From: a virus
Lineage: Duplodnaviria > Heunggongvirae > Uroviricota > Caudoviricetes
Virus record (IMG/VR): IMGVR_UViG_3300014208_000030
Coordinates: 1 to 40,075 of that record
Direction: 5' to 3' (one strand)
Length of the DNA stretch: 40,075 bases
The notes beneath the pieces were generated by a model. It was not told the origin of the DNA, made no database searches, and worked only from the letters and a program-made list of their open reading frames with translations. The stretch's first letter is position 1. Each line of letters begins with the position of its first letter. A program made the translations under genes and the position numbers. Below, one piece after another: positions 9,943-20,222 of this stretch.

Positions 9943-12900
9943 ATGAGCTCAGTCGTTTTGTCAAGTCTCTATTCTGCAATCAGCGCATCGATTTATGATG
10001 AGTTATTAACAAATCAGAGTACGCTATATAGTTTTATTGGGAAAAACACTGATTTTGCCTCTATATCTGAGAGTCAGGTCAGGGATAATCTCCAATATGA
10101 CTATTTTATTAAAAATAACATAGCGTTTGCCAAGAAAATCAATATCGCCGACATTAGTTTTGTGGCTCCGCGAAACAACTGGACTAGCGGAACCATATAT
10201 GACCAGTATGACGACAATTATTTTGGCTCATATATTGAATCGATATCTATCGGTGCTGGTGGCGCTGGCTATGAGCAGGCTACGACTTCAGCCTATGTAG
10301 CTGGCGGCAACGGCACGGGTACAGTCCTTGAGGTTAGTGTAAATGACGGCACCATCACCGGAATTGGTGTTACTGATGGTGGTCACGGCTACACCGCTGC
10401 ACCGAGTGTGGTCATTGTGGGTGCCGGTACAGGTGCTACAGCAACAGCAAACATAAGCGTAAACAACCTGTCGCATAGTGGCAAGGCGGAGCTCGCCGAG
10501 TCTTCATTCTATGTGCTAACAAGTGCGTATAATGTATATAAGTGCCTCTACAATAACCTGAACGTACCATCAACCGTTCAACCATCACACCTAACTGTCG
10601 ATCCGGTAACTACCGGCGATGGCTATGTGTGGAAATTCATGTATCACATACCATTGGGGTTGCGGAAAAAATTCCTCACCAGCTCATTTATGCCAGTATT
10701 CACTGTACTGTCATCATCATACTATTCCGGCGGCGGAATCTCCTTTGCTGAAGTTGCGAGCAGCGGCACCGGCTATTCAGCAACCACCCCGCTGACGTTA
10801 TATGTCGTTGGCGATGGCATAGGTGCAACATTCACCGCCCAGATAAACTCAACCGCGAAAGAAATAGCTACCGTGTCTGTGCTAGACAGCGGCACTGGAT
10901 ATGAGCCTACCGCGACCATGTCGATCAAGAGTGTATCCAGAACATCAACAACTGTCACGCTGACAACTACCACGGCACACAATTTAGTTGCCGGTAAATC
11001 TATTACCGTTGCCGGTACTGGTCTAGTAGATGGCGCAATAACTGTTGCTAGCGTACCGACATCAAATACTATCACCTACACGATGGGTAGCGGTACTATT
11101 GCGCTCACCGAGTTTGGTACAGCTGGCTTGGTATCGAATACACCAATAGCGCTGGCCTCTATTGTCAGAAACAACAATGTAGTCACTGTAGTTACGGGAG
11201 CAGCACATCAGCTCAACGAGGGTAACCTTGTCGCCATTGCAGGTACGACGAATTTCAATGGCATATTTAAAATAGCCAAGTTTATCAGCCCAACTAGCTT
11301 TTCATTTTTTCAGTTCGGGTTGCCAGAGACAGTAACTGGTACTGGTACGGTCGCGCAATCGCCATGTGGTGTTGCCGATATTGTCCGAGCAAGTAACATA
11401 GTTACGGTAACGACCCATCGTGTACACAATTTCAAGGCACCTATCGGAGTATCGACACTCACCAGAACAGCTAACGTAACGACAGCAGTAACCACTGCGG
11501 CAACTACCCTGTTGGTTGGCGATACGATTATTGTTGCTGGCACAGTTGGTTTTGATGGCACTTATGTGATTGCCACTAAGCCAACAACAACAACATTCAC
11601 CTTCGCAAATACAGGGGCAACCGCGACAGAGTCAGTAGGCACTATCAACTATGCGGTGAGCATTGCTGGGATTAGTGGGTTCACCGGTACGCATGCAGTT
11701 ACCTCAGTAACCAACTCAACAACATTCACATTTGCACAAACTGGCGCAGACTACAGTGCATATACGCCCAGTACGGTAACATATGATACAAGTATGGGTA
11801 TATCCAGCAATAGTGGCGTGACCGGCAAATATGGCACAAATACGACCGCAGTTGTGCTCCCCGCCATACTCCAGAAGAATGGCATTGGGTATACGGTTGC
11901 GCCATCAGTATACATCGCTGGAACGACAGGTACTGGTGCTACTGCTACTGCCGTCATGAGCGGCGGCAAAGTAACCCAGATAAATGTTACTGCTGGCGGA
12001 TCGGCGTATACCTCGGAACCTACAGTGTACTTCCTTGGTGGCTCACCAAAGCAAGCGAGTGCCACGGCAACCATCAGTGGTGGTAGCATTAGTAGCTACA
12101 ACACAACAAACGCTGGTAGCGGATACACGTCAGCACCAATTGTGCGCATTGTAGGTGATGGAACCGGAGCAACTGCTACTGCCGAAATCGGTGCTGGTGG
12201 TGTAACTACATTGACTATGGTCACCGCCGGTAGCGGATATACCACAGCATCCGTATATTTTGCTGGTGGTAGTGATTATTGCTGCTCTGCGCGAGCAATT
12301 CTATACAACGGTGCGGTATCGCAAATCGACATCGACAGTATCATAGATTATGTCAGCATTAGTGATCCAGGAGTCGGTTATACGGACGGCATATCAACTA
12401 CCATATCTATTGTTGGTGATGGTGTTGGTGCTGCACTAACCCCATATATACGAAATGGTGCCGTTGCCGGTGTCGTCGTAGACAGCGCCGGTGAAGGATA
12501 CAGCTATGCAGATTTAACTGTAGTTGGTGATGGTACAGGAGCCAAGCTGATAGCACCGCTAGGCACGACAAACTCGCTGGGTCAGATAGATACACCGCAA
12601 TACAATGTCGAGGTACTGGCGGTAGCTGGTGCTATCAGCTCTGTTATTGTTACTGCTGGTGGTAGTGGATACACAGCACCGACAATCACCATCAATGGGA
12701 ATGGCTCTGGAGCTACTGCGACTGCTGTCGTTGTTGGTGGAGTTATTACAAAAATTCTGGTAACGACTAGTGGCGCGGGATATACCTACGCAAACATTGT
12801 GATTACCGGTGCCGGAACTGGTGCCGCTGCGCGCGCAGTCCTACCGCCATCCAGCGGACATGGCTACAATGCCATCTATGAGTTATTTGCGACTAAGATC

Positions 12901-13362
12901 ATAACCTATACAAAAATTTCTGATGCGGACCTATATAATGGATTTACATTCAGCAATCAGTTTTACCAGTATGGGATTATCGCTAATTTACGCAAATATC
13001 AGAGTTCTGCAATGTGTACTGATGCTGTAGTGTCTCCGTGCGCATCGGTATCTGGTGTATTTTCGCTGACAGATTTTCCATTGAATGCAAATATCTCGGT
13101 AACTGTGGGTGGGGTAGCAAAAACATTGTCCGTAGTGGACAGGACAGCTAATGCATTACTACTAAGAGCTGTTGACAATTATGTGCCTATAGTAGGTGAC
13201 GTGCTAACTAATACCGGAAATAGTGTTTCGTATACGGCAACTGCTGTATCGGCACCAACAACTAATATAAATACAGGAAGCATCATCGATGTTAATAACA
13301 CGACAGCATTCTATAAAACATCGAATCAGATAATAACGCTACGTACACTAATTTCTCTGTAA
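9943..13362 (+). CDS. gp8: Baseplate wedge gp8-like protein enlarged by beta-rich repeat insertions
   Basis: PR.NWTSGTIYDQYDD, FYVLT..YNVYKCL.N, TGDGYVWKFMY, KFLT..FMPV, P..GHGYNAI.EL are gp8-type motifs. Confidence 0.8.
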   Translation: MSSVVLSSLYSAISASIYDELLTNQSTLYSFIGKNTDFASISESQVRDNLQYDYFIKNNIAFAKKINIADISFVAPRNNWTSGTIYDQYDDNYFGSYIESISIGAGGAGYEQATTSAYVAGGNGTGTVLEVSVNDGTITGIGVTDGGHGYTAAPSVVIVGAGTGATATANISVNNLSHSGKAELAESSFYVLTSAYNVYKCLYNNLNVPSTVQPSHLTVDPVTTGDGYVWKFMYHIPLGLRKKFLTSSFMPVFTVLSSSYYSGGGISFAEVASSGTGYSATTPLTLYVVGDGIGATFTAQINSTAKEIATVSVLDSGTGYEPTATMSIKSVSRTSTTVTLTTTTAHNLVAGKSITVAGTGLVDGAITVASVPTSNTITYTMGSGTIALTEFGTAGLVSNTPIALASIVRNNNVVTVVTGAAHQLNEGNLVAIAGTTNFNGIFKIAKFISPTSFSFFQFGLPETVTGTGTVAQSPCGVADIVRASNIVTVTTHRVHNFKAPIGVSTLTRTANVTTAVTTAATTLLVGDTIIVAGTVGFDGTYVIATKPTTTTFTFANTGATATESVGTINYAVSIAGISGFTGTHAVTSVTNSTTFTFAQTGADYSAYTPSTVTYDTSMGISSNSGVTGKYGTNTTAVVLPAILQKNGIGYTVAPSVYIAGTTGTGATATAVMSGGKVTQINVTAGGSAYTSEPTVYFLGGSPKQASATATISGGSISSYNTTNAGSGYTSAPIVRIVGDGTGATATAEIGAGGVTTLTMVTAGSGYTTASVYFAGGSDYCCSARAILYNGAVSQIDIDSIIDYVSISDPGVGYTDGISTTISIVGDGVGAALTPYIRNGAVAGVVVDSAGEGYSYADLTVVGDGTGAKLIAPLGTTNSLGQIDTPQYNVEVLAVAGAISSVIVTAGGSGYTAPTITINGNGSGATATAVVVGGVITKILVTTSGAGYTYANIVITGAGTGAAARAVLPPSSGHGYNAIYELFATKIITYTKISDADLYNGFTFSNQFYQYGIIANLRKYQSSAMCTDAVVSPCASVSGVFSLTDFPLNANISVTVGGVAKTLSVVDRTANALLLRAVDNYVPIVGDVLTNTGNSVSYTATAVSAPTTNINTGSIIDVNNTTAFYKTSNQIITLRTLISL
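13266..13273 (+). promoter_or_regulatory. Candidate late promoter TATAAATA upstream of the VrlC-like gene
   Basis: Exact consensus about 100 nt upstream of 13372. Confidence 0.45.
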
Positions 13363-13371
13363 AGGATAATA

Positions 13372-16300
13372 ATGAGCAAAACATTCAGTCAATCACCGTA
13401 TTTTGACGATTTCGACGCGGGAAAGAACTTCTGCAAGATTTTGCTGAGACCAGGATACGCGCTCCAGACCCGCGAATTCAACCAAATTCAGTCCATTTTA
13501 CAGAATCAAATAGAGAGCGTTGGGTCGCATTTGTTCCAAGATGGCGCAATGGTCATACCAGGGTTCATATCGTACGACACCAATGTGACCGCAATAAAAT
13601 TGCAAACAACTAACCCATCACTAGATAAGGTTTCTCTGTTGTTGCCGAGTCTCGTCGATACCATAATCACGGGTCAGTTATCTGGTGCGCAGGCACTTGT
13701 TGTGCACTATGATGTTGAGTCTACCACAGACTCAAACACAATCTATGTCAGATACATCCGCTCCGGTACCACGAACGCAACATTTTTGGATAATGAAACC
13801 CTAATAAATGATGCACCATCGCCACTGTCGGTGATAACCATTGCATCTGGATCGTCGTCGCTCGGCTCCATAGCCATGTTGCAGCAAGGTATCTATTACA
13901 TCCGCGGCTATTTTGTGGTCGTCGATAAGGCAACTATAACGCTTGACAAGTATGGCATCACCCCATCATACAGGGTTGGTTTGTCGGTCACCGAAGAAGT
14001 CATTACCGCCGATGACGATAGTACCTTATTTGATAATGCTATTGGCGAATACAACTTCAATGCACATGGTGCGCACCGATACAAAATCTCAACACAATTA
14101 GTGAAGTTGACTCTGACCGATCAGGCCGATGCCAACTTTGTTGAATTGTTGCGGGTAAATCTGGGAATCGTGGAGAACAAAGTAATCTCTACCGACTATG
14201 CTATCATTGAGCAGACACTTGCTCGCCGTACATTTGATGAGTCTGGTGATTACACAGTAAGCCCATTCAAGATACAGCTGCGCCAGCACAGAAACAACAA
14301 TCGCGCCGTACGCCAAGATTCAACAGCATACTTGCAGGGCGATACCCTCGAATATGTGAGTGGCGGCACCACATATACCTATGAGTGCGTTGCTGGTGGT
14401 ATTTCCGGTATTGGCGCACCACCCTATGTGTTTACGTTTGGCACATTCGTTGATGGTACATCGACTTGGCAGTATACCGAAACGCCAGCATATAATATGG
14501 GCGTCCACTTAACTACCGACACCGAGGCTGGCGATGAGGCCAAGCTGGTTGTTGCGCTTGAGGGTGGTAAGGCATACGTAAAAGGCTATGAGCTAGATAA
14601 ATTCGGTACCTCATACGTTAATGTTGACAAGCCTCGCGAATTCGGGCGAACTGCTGCTGCGACACTGGCAATTACGAGTGGCAACTATGTCCGCGTGTCT
14701 ACAGTCAACACCATTGCCATAGGCTCTGTTCCGGAGACGCTGGGCACAGATTTCCCGACTATCGATTTATACGACCAATACATCGCTACTAGCGGCACAG
14801 CAGCTGGCGCAAAAATAGGTACAGCAATTGTCACCGCAATAGAGAAGGACGACACCCTAGCGAACACTTGGCGGGTATTCTTGCTTAATATTGCCATGAA
14901 TAGCGGGAAGTCATTCGATAAAGACGTCAAATCGCTTTATTACAATAACACAGCACTAGCCACAGACTTTACCGGCAGCTTGCTTCCTATTGCCGCAAAA
15001 CTGACTGGCTCTGGTACAATGGCGGCATCTACCTGTACTGGAGTAGGTTCCCTGTTCGTATCAGAATTGCGCGTGGGAGACTATATTTCATTTGACCAAG
15101 CAACATGGTATAAGGTTGATGCGGTAACATCAGATGTATCGTTCACCGTTGTAGGTACACCAACAGCAACTGGCTTGGCAATATACAAATCAACAGCATC
15201 GATATATGAGCCCAACGAATTTGGTGGGTATGCATCGTTTGCAAATGAATGCATCCGCAATGTCAGATCAGCGAATGATACCACCGCCAACACACAATAC
15301 ACCATTACCAGAAACTTTGGTTCGATTGCTGCAGTTGCTGGTGTTATCACCATTTCTACGCTGGGTGCTGGAGAGACGTTTGCGTCCGTTGCCAACGTCA
15401 CTAACTATGTAACTGTACTCAATTCAACCGGTGTACATCAGACCCCAACCTATTCGGTCAATGGCGCATCTACCGTCCTGACAATCAGTGGGCTGAGTGG
15501 TACCAGTGTATACACAGTCTTTGGTACCGTAGCAAAAATTGCTGCTCAGCGCACCAAAACATTGGTCATACCGGCACCTATTGATCTGACTACGGCCAGC
15601 GCAGCACAGGCGGCAGTTATTGGGTTAGGCAAAGCAGATTGCTACAAGTTGCTGAGCGTAAAAATGGCTCCAGCATTTGGTGCCATTACGGGCGGCAACC
15701 TAGCAACTATCGACATAACTGACAACTATATCTTTGATGATGGGCAACGCGAGACGTTTTACGATCGCGGTAAAATTACCCTGAAGTCCGGATATTTTCC
15801 ACCAACCGGTTCAATCAGGATCGTATTTGAGTATTTCACACACGGTGCTGGTGATTATTTTAGTGTTGAGTCATATACCAACGTCATCCCATATGGCGAC
15901 ATTATGCCTGCACTCAGAGATTCTTTGGATTTCAGACCATCCATGAACGATGCCGGTACAGCATTCGATGGTAGCAATACTGGCGTACTGAAGCGTGGCT
16001 ACAATATCGTAGCCGACTACTCATATTATATGGGTAGGATAGATACGCTGAACATTGATTCTATGGGTAACTTCTTTATCATTAAGGGCGTTGCATCATT
16101 GTCGCCAACCATACCGGCAACTAATACCCAGTCGATGCATATAGCAACACTCTATCTGCAGCCATATGGCATTGACCTCACGCCAAACAGTGTGGCGATG
16201 GATGTTATTGACAACAAACGCTATACCATGCGAGATATCGGGGCATTGGAAAAGCGTATCAACAACATCGAATATTACGCCGCATTATCTATGCTGGAGC

Positions 16301-19300
16301 AAGAGACTAAATCACTTTCTATCCCAGATGAGAATGGCTTGGAGCGCTACAAGAATGGGTTTTTAGTAGATGGCTTTGTCGACCACGGAATAGGTGCGCT
16401 GGACTCCCTAGATTACCGATGCTCGATCGATGGCGATGCGAAAGAATTGATTCCGCAGCACAATGTGCGTAGTATCGATTTGTATGAGAAGAACTCCAGC
16501 AATGCTCAAAGAGCATCCGATGGATATGCAATCACCGGCGATGCGATCACCCTGCCATACACAAATATGCCGTTTATCTCGCAGCCATATGCATCAATGG
16601 TAAAGAACATAAACCCATTTGCGGTATATGCATTTGTTGGGGTTACTAAGTTCACACCATCGAGTGACAATTGGTTCGATACCACCTATGCACCGGACAT
16701 CATCATCGCTAAGGAAGGCAACTATGAGCTGACAGTAGCCGCATTGACTGCTGCTGGCACATTGGGGACTAAGTGGAATGCATGGCAGACTACATGGACT
16801 GGCGTAGAGCGCACGCGGGTATCTAAGACAGTTTTCATCAATCGTGATCGTGAGCATGATATAGGTCAGGTTAGGCGTACATTGGTAGATGAAGTGACGA
16901 CAACACGCATACAGGCTAGAGACGGCATATCTACTTCGGTGGTGGAGAAAATAACCACAAAGGACGTCGCAGATAAACTGCTATCCAGTACAGTGATTCC
17001 GTATATGCGTCAGCGAAATATCTCATACTTGGTGCGTGGACTGCGGCCAAACACGGTATTCTATCCATTTTTTGATGGTGTCGATATCGGGGCGTATGTG
17101 ACCCCAGCAACAAAAATTTCGATTGCTAGCGTACCAACATATTCGGTCACCTTCGACTACACGACCAATGTTGGCGCAGGCGTTGTTGATGCACCACGCA
17201 CGACTAATGATGTAGCCGACACCGCATTTGGTACGGGCGATATTATTACAGGTACGACTTCTGGCGCAACTGGAATTGTTGTTCTACAGGAGTTCGCAAA
17301 CAGTGGTGCCATTTTCTTGTACGTCGTTAATGTCAAAGGCGTATTTGTGCCCAGCGAAACTGTTATTGGGAATATATCCGGAGCACGCGCCACTGCATCA
17401 TCTATAGTGGTTGGGTCAAGCGGCAACTCGGTCATGTCTAACTTAAATGGTGATGTTGCTGGGGTGTTTGCCGTACCAAATACTACTAAACTACGATTCA
17501 GGACTGGCGATCGAGTATTTACATTAACAACTCAGGCCGACAATGGTGCTGGCTATGGGTCTCTAGCTACCGCCATATTCACGTCTGCTGGTATATTGAA
17601 TACCAGACAGAAGACCGTAGAGTCAATAAGAAATGCGACCGTGGTCACTCAGCAGCTTACCGACAACAGAACACTCGTCACCAAGAGCGAGGTGCGTACG
17701 CAAGCTTGGATCGACCCATTGGCACAAACGTTTTTGGTACAGCAGACCGGTGGTGCATTTCTGACGAAAGTTGACATCTATTTTGCATCAAAGGATGATA
17801 GTATCCCTGTGCGCCTTGAGATCAGAGAGGTTGTAAATGGGTATCCTGGTAAGCTGATTCTCCCGATGAGTACGGTTGTATTGAGACCGAATGAAGTTGC
17901 CCTATCAAACGCTAGCGTCGTAGCTCAGGATGGCCTGACCTATGCACTAGATGATACGCCAACATCCTTTGTGTTCGAATCTCCGGTATATGTTAAGGAT
18001 AACACTGAGTACTGCATCGTCCTGCTGTCTGACTCAAACAATTATAATGTTTGGATTTCTCAGTTGGGCGACAAGCAAGTTGGCTCAGACAGATATATCA
18101 GTGAGCAACCCTATGCTGGTGTGATGTTTGAGTCCCAGAATGCCTCAACATGGACAGCTAACCAGTTACAGGATTTGAAATTTGTAATACACAGAGCAAA
18201 ATTTGTGACCAACTCAGTCGGTGTTGTTAATCTACTTAACGTGCCACTGGGTTCCGATGTATTGTCACCAAACTCGCTCCAGACTGTTAGCGGTAGCAAT
18301 GTTGTTCGGGTGTATCATTACAATCATGGCATGATACAAACTGATTCTGTTGTGCTTAGCGGCATTACCGCAGGGACGTACCACGGTATCCCATCGGCAG
18401 AGCTAACTGGCACAAAAACCGTGGCAAATGTAGATTTGGACTCATACACAATTACCACAACAACAAATGCCAACGCTACTGGATTTACTGGTGGTGCTGG
18501 GTTGGCCGTAAGTTTTAACGCAAAGTATGATTCGTGCGAGCCATCAATTCAGACGCAAGAATTTCCGGAAGCAAGAATTGCATATGGATTTAAGCCAACG
18601 ACTACCGATAGCGTACAGACTACCAATTATGTGCCATTAACGGTTAATGATACCCAGAGCTTCTGGACATCAAAAATTATTGCATCTCAGATCAACGAGA
18701 CTAACAAAATGGCTGGTGTAAAATCAATGCAGATTGCTGCCGAATTGTTCTCAACCAATGATTCGCTATCGCCAGTTATTGATATGCATAGAACATCGGT
18801 TCTTTGTATCACTAACCGAATTGGTGACACAACAAATGCGCTTAATGTTAGCCCAATCGATTTCAGGTCAATGACGCCAACTGCAACATCAACCTTAGTT
18901 GGCGTTGATGGTACCAATGAGTACTTTACCACAGCAGATGCTGCAACAAGACTCATATTCTTGACTGCAATTGTTGGTAAATATCTGACAGTAAGTGGCT
19001 TCGCCAACGGTGCCAACAATGCAACCCATCTGATCACTTCGGTTGCTCCTGACGGTTCATATATTGGCGTAGCATCAAACCTGACCGGAGAGGTAGCTGG
19101 TGCGACAGTAACCATAACGATCGGTGATTATTTTGTGCACGAGATTGCCGCTAGCAATGGTTCTGCCGCAGCTAAATATGTAACAAAGATAGTGACGCTG
19201 GCTAATTTATCATCATCAATCAAAGTGATGTATGCCTACAACAAACCGGTAGAAGCTAGTATTGATGTGTATTACAGAATAGGGAGTGCATCTGGGCTAG

Positions 19301-19500
19301 ACGCCGTGGCTAGTGCTCCCTATATCTTATTAACCAACAACGGACTTGTCTCTACCGATAGCGACAGCTTTACGGATACCTCATATCTCGCCACCAATTT
19401 GCCAGCATTTACGGCAATTCAAGTGAAGGTGGTGATGCGGAGTACAAGTACAGCTAGAACACCAGCAATAAAAGACTTGCGCATATTGGCACTGGCATAA
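13372..19500 (+). CDS. Large virion structural protein, VrlC/DUF4815-like
   Basis: SPYFDDFD..KNF..IL.RPG.ALQ.RE..Q.QSILQNQ, LARRTFDESGDY, NKRYTMRDIG.LEKRI, DPLAQTF, LFxSQNASTWT-like, IKDLR.IALA-like end; typical of non-coliphage T4-like viruses. Confidence 0.85.
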   Translation: MSKTFSQSPYFDDFDAGKNFCKILLRPGYALQTREFNQIQSILQNQIESVGSHLFQDGAMVIPGFISYDTNVTAIKLQTTNPSLDKVSLLLPSLVDTIITGQLSGAQALVVHYDVESTTDSNTIYVRYIRSGTTNATFLDNETLINDAPSPLSVITIASGSSSLGSIAMLQQGIYYIRGYFVVVDKATITLDKYGITPSYRVGLSVTEEVITADDDSTLFDNAIGEYNFNAHGAHRYKISTQLVKLTLTDQADANFVELLRVNLGIVENKVISTDYAIIEQTLARRTFDESGDYTVSPFKIQLRQHRNNNRAVRQDSTAYLQGDTLEYVSGGTTYTYECVAGGISGIGAPPYVFTFGTFVDGTSTWQYTETPAYNMGVHLTTDTEAGDEAKLVVALEGGKAYVKGYELDKFGTSYVNVDKPREFGRTAAATLAITSGNYVRVSTVNTIAIGSVPETLGTDFPTIDLYDQYIATSGTAAGAKIGTAIVTAIEKDDTLANTWRVFLLNIAMNSGKSFDKDVKSLYYNNTALATDFTGSLLPIAAKLTGSGTMAASTCTGVGSLFVSELRVGDYISFDQATWYKVDAVTSDVSFTVVGTPTATGLAIYKSTASIYEPNEFGGYASFANECIRNVRSANDTTANTQYTITRNFGSIAAVAGVITISTLGAGETFASVANVTNYVTVLNSTGVHQTPTYSVNGASTVLTISGLSGTSVYTVFGTVAKIAAQRTKTLVIPAPIDLTTASAAQAAVIGLGKADCYKLLSVKMAPAFGAITGGNLATIDITDNYIFDDGQRETFYDRGKITLKSGYFPPTGSIRIVFEYFTHGAGDYFSVESYTNVIPYGDIMPALRDSLDFRPSMNDAGTAFDGSNTGVLKRGYNIVADYSYYMGRIDTLNIDSMGNFFIIKGVASLSPTIPATNTQSMHIATLYLQPYGIDLTPNSVAMDVIDNKRYTMRDIGALEKRINNIEYYAALSMLEQETKSLSIPDENGLERYKNGFLVDGFVDHGIGALDSLDYRCSIDGDAKELIPQHNVRSIDLYEKNSSNAQRASDGYAITGDAITLPYTNMPFISQPYASMVKNINPFAVYAFVGVTKFTPSSDNWFDTTYAPDIIIAKEGNYELTVAALTAAGTLGTKWNAWQTTWTGVERTRVSKTVFINRDREHDIGQVRRTLVDEVTTTRIQARDGISTSVVEKITTKDVADKLLSSTVIPYMRQRNISYLVRGLRPNTVFYPFFDGVDIGAYVTPATKISIASVPTYSVTFDYTTNVGAGVVDAPRTTNDVADTAFGTGDIITGTTSGATGIVVLQEFANSGAIFLYVVNVKGVFVPSETVIGNISGARATASSIVVGSSGNSVMSNLNGDVAGVFAVPNTTKLRFRTGDRVFTLTTQADNGAGYGSLATAIFTSAGILNTRQKTVESIRNATVVTQQLTDNRTLVTKSEVRTQAWIDPLAQTFLVQQTGGAFLTKVDIYFASKDDSIPVRLEIREVVNGYPGKLILPMSTVVLRPNEVALSNASVVAQDGLTYALDDTPTSFVFESPVYVKDNTEYCIVLLSDSNNYNVWISQLGDKQVGSDRYISEQPYAGVMFESQNASTWTANQLQDLKFVIHRAKFVTNSVGVVNLLNVPLGSDVLSPNSLQTVSGSNVVRVYHYNHGMIQTDSVVLSGITAGTYHGIPSAELTGTKTVANVDLDSYTITTTTNANATGFTGGAGLAVSFNAKYDSCEPSIQTQEFPEARIAYGFKPTTTDSVQTTNYVPLTVNDTQSFWTSKIIASQINETNKMAGVKSMQIAAELFSTNDSLSPVIDMHRTSVLCITNRIGDTTNALNVSPIDFRSMTPTATSTLVGVDGTNEYFTTADAATRLIFLTAIVGKYLTVSGFANGANNATHLITSVAPDGSYIGVASNLTGEVAGATVTITIGDYFVHEIAASNGSAAAKYVTKIVTLANLSSSIKVMYAYNKPVEASIDVYYRIGSASGLDAVASAPYILLTNNGLVSTDSDSFTDTSYLATNLPAFTAIQVKVVMRSTSTARTPAIKDLRILALA

Positions 19501-19710
19501 ATGAGAGAGCTCGTAAAGATAACACACCATCCCGATCTATTGAAGGATACCGAAAGCGGTGCCGTCGTATCGTGCGACGAAGCCGCCTATGCGGAGTATA
19601 TAAATAGAAGAGACAGAGCACGTCAGCACACCGAGCGAGTTACTAAGCTTGAAGGTGAGCTAGCTGATGTGAAGACGCTATTGCAAGAAATATTACAGAG
19701 GCTGAACTAA
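19501..19710 (+). CDS. Conserved small hypothetical protein (coiled coil)
   Basis: HPDL.KD..SGAVV plus a C-terminal coiled coil; abuts the VrlC-like stop. Confidence 0.75.
   Translation: MRELVKITHHPDLLKDTESGAVVSCDEAAYAEYINRRDRARQHTERVTKLEGELADVKTLLQEILQRLN
19599..19606 (+). promoter_or_regulatory. Late promoter TATAAATA
   Basis: Exact consensus upstream of the 19712 gene; a second copy lies at 19801-19808. Confidence 0.55.
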
Positions 19711-19711
19711 G

Positions 19712-19885
19712 ATGGCTAGCATTACCACACGGGAAGTTGCGGGAACTGGAGCTACCGTAAAGGGAACTCCACTCACTAACGCAGAGATAGACAACAACTT
19801 TATAAATATCAACACAGAACTAGAGACCCTTGCCAATACACCGGCAGATGCCGCGGCTCTCGCGTTTGCAATCGCATTGGGCTAA
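19712..19885 (+). CDS. 57-aa structural microprotein not in the ORF track (MASITTREVAGTGATVKGTPLTNAEIDNNFININTELETLANTPADAAALAFAIALG)
   Basis: Fills the gap between two genes exactly. KG.PLT..E.D.NF resembles a fibre N-terminal attachment motif, and it has an AIALG end. Confidence 0.8.
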   Translation: MASITTREVAGTGATVKGTPLTNAEIDNNFININTELETLANTPADAAALAFAIALG

Positions 19886-19888
19886 GAC

Positions 19889-20221
19889 ATGGCGAATACG
19901 TTCAAGAATGTAAAATCAAGAGCAATAGGTGTGACGGCAACGGTCATTGGTGGCTACACAGTACCGGCACTCACATCGGCGACAGTCATTGGCCTGTCGT
20001 TAGCTAATATCCTAACGACAGCGATAACCGTAACGGTTGTCGTTAATGATGGCACCAACGATACCACTGTCGTAAAAGGTGCTACCATACCAGTAGGAAG
20101 TGCGCTAGTGCCGTTTGGTGGTGATCAGAAGCTAGTGCTAATTGCTGGCGACAAAATCAAAATAACAGCAAGTGCCGCATCCGCTATTGATGCCATAATG
20201 TCTGTGCTGGAAATATCATAG
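19889..20221 (+). CDS. Small beta-rich virion protein
   Basis: MANTFK..., YTVPA..SATVIGLSLAN, QKLVL..GDKIK, SVLEIS pattern; in the late operon. Confidence 0.7.
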   Translation: MANTFKNVKSRAIGVTATVIGGYTVPALTSATVIGLSLANILTTAITVTVVVNDGTNDTTVVKGATIPVGSALVPFGGDQKLVLIAGDKIKITASAASAIDAIMSVLEIS

Positions 20222-20222
20222 C

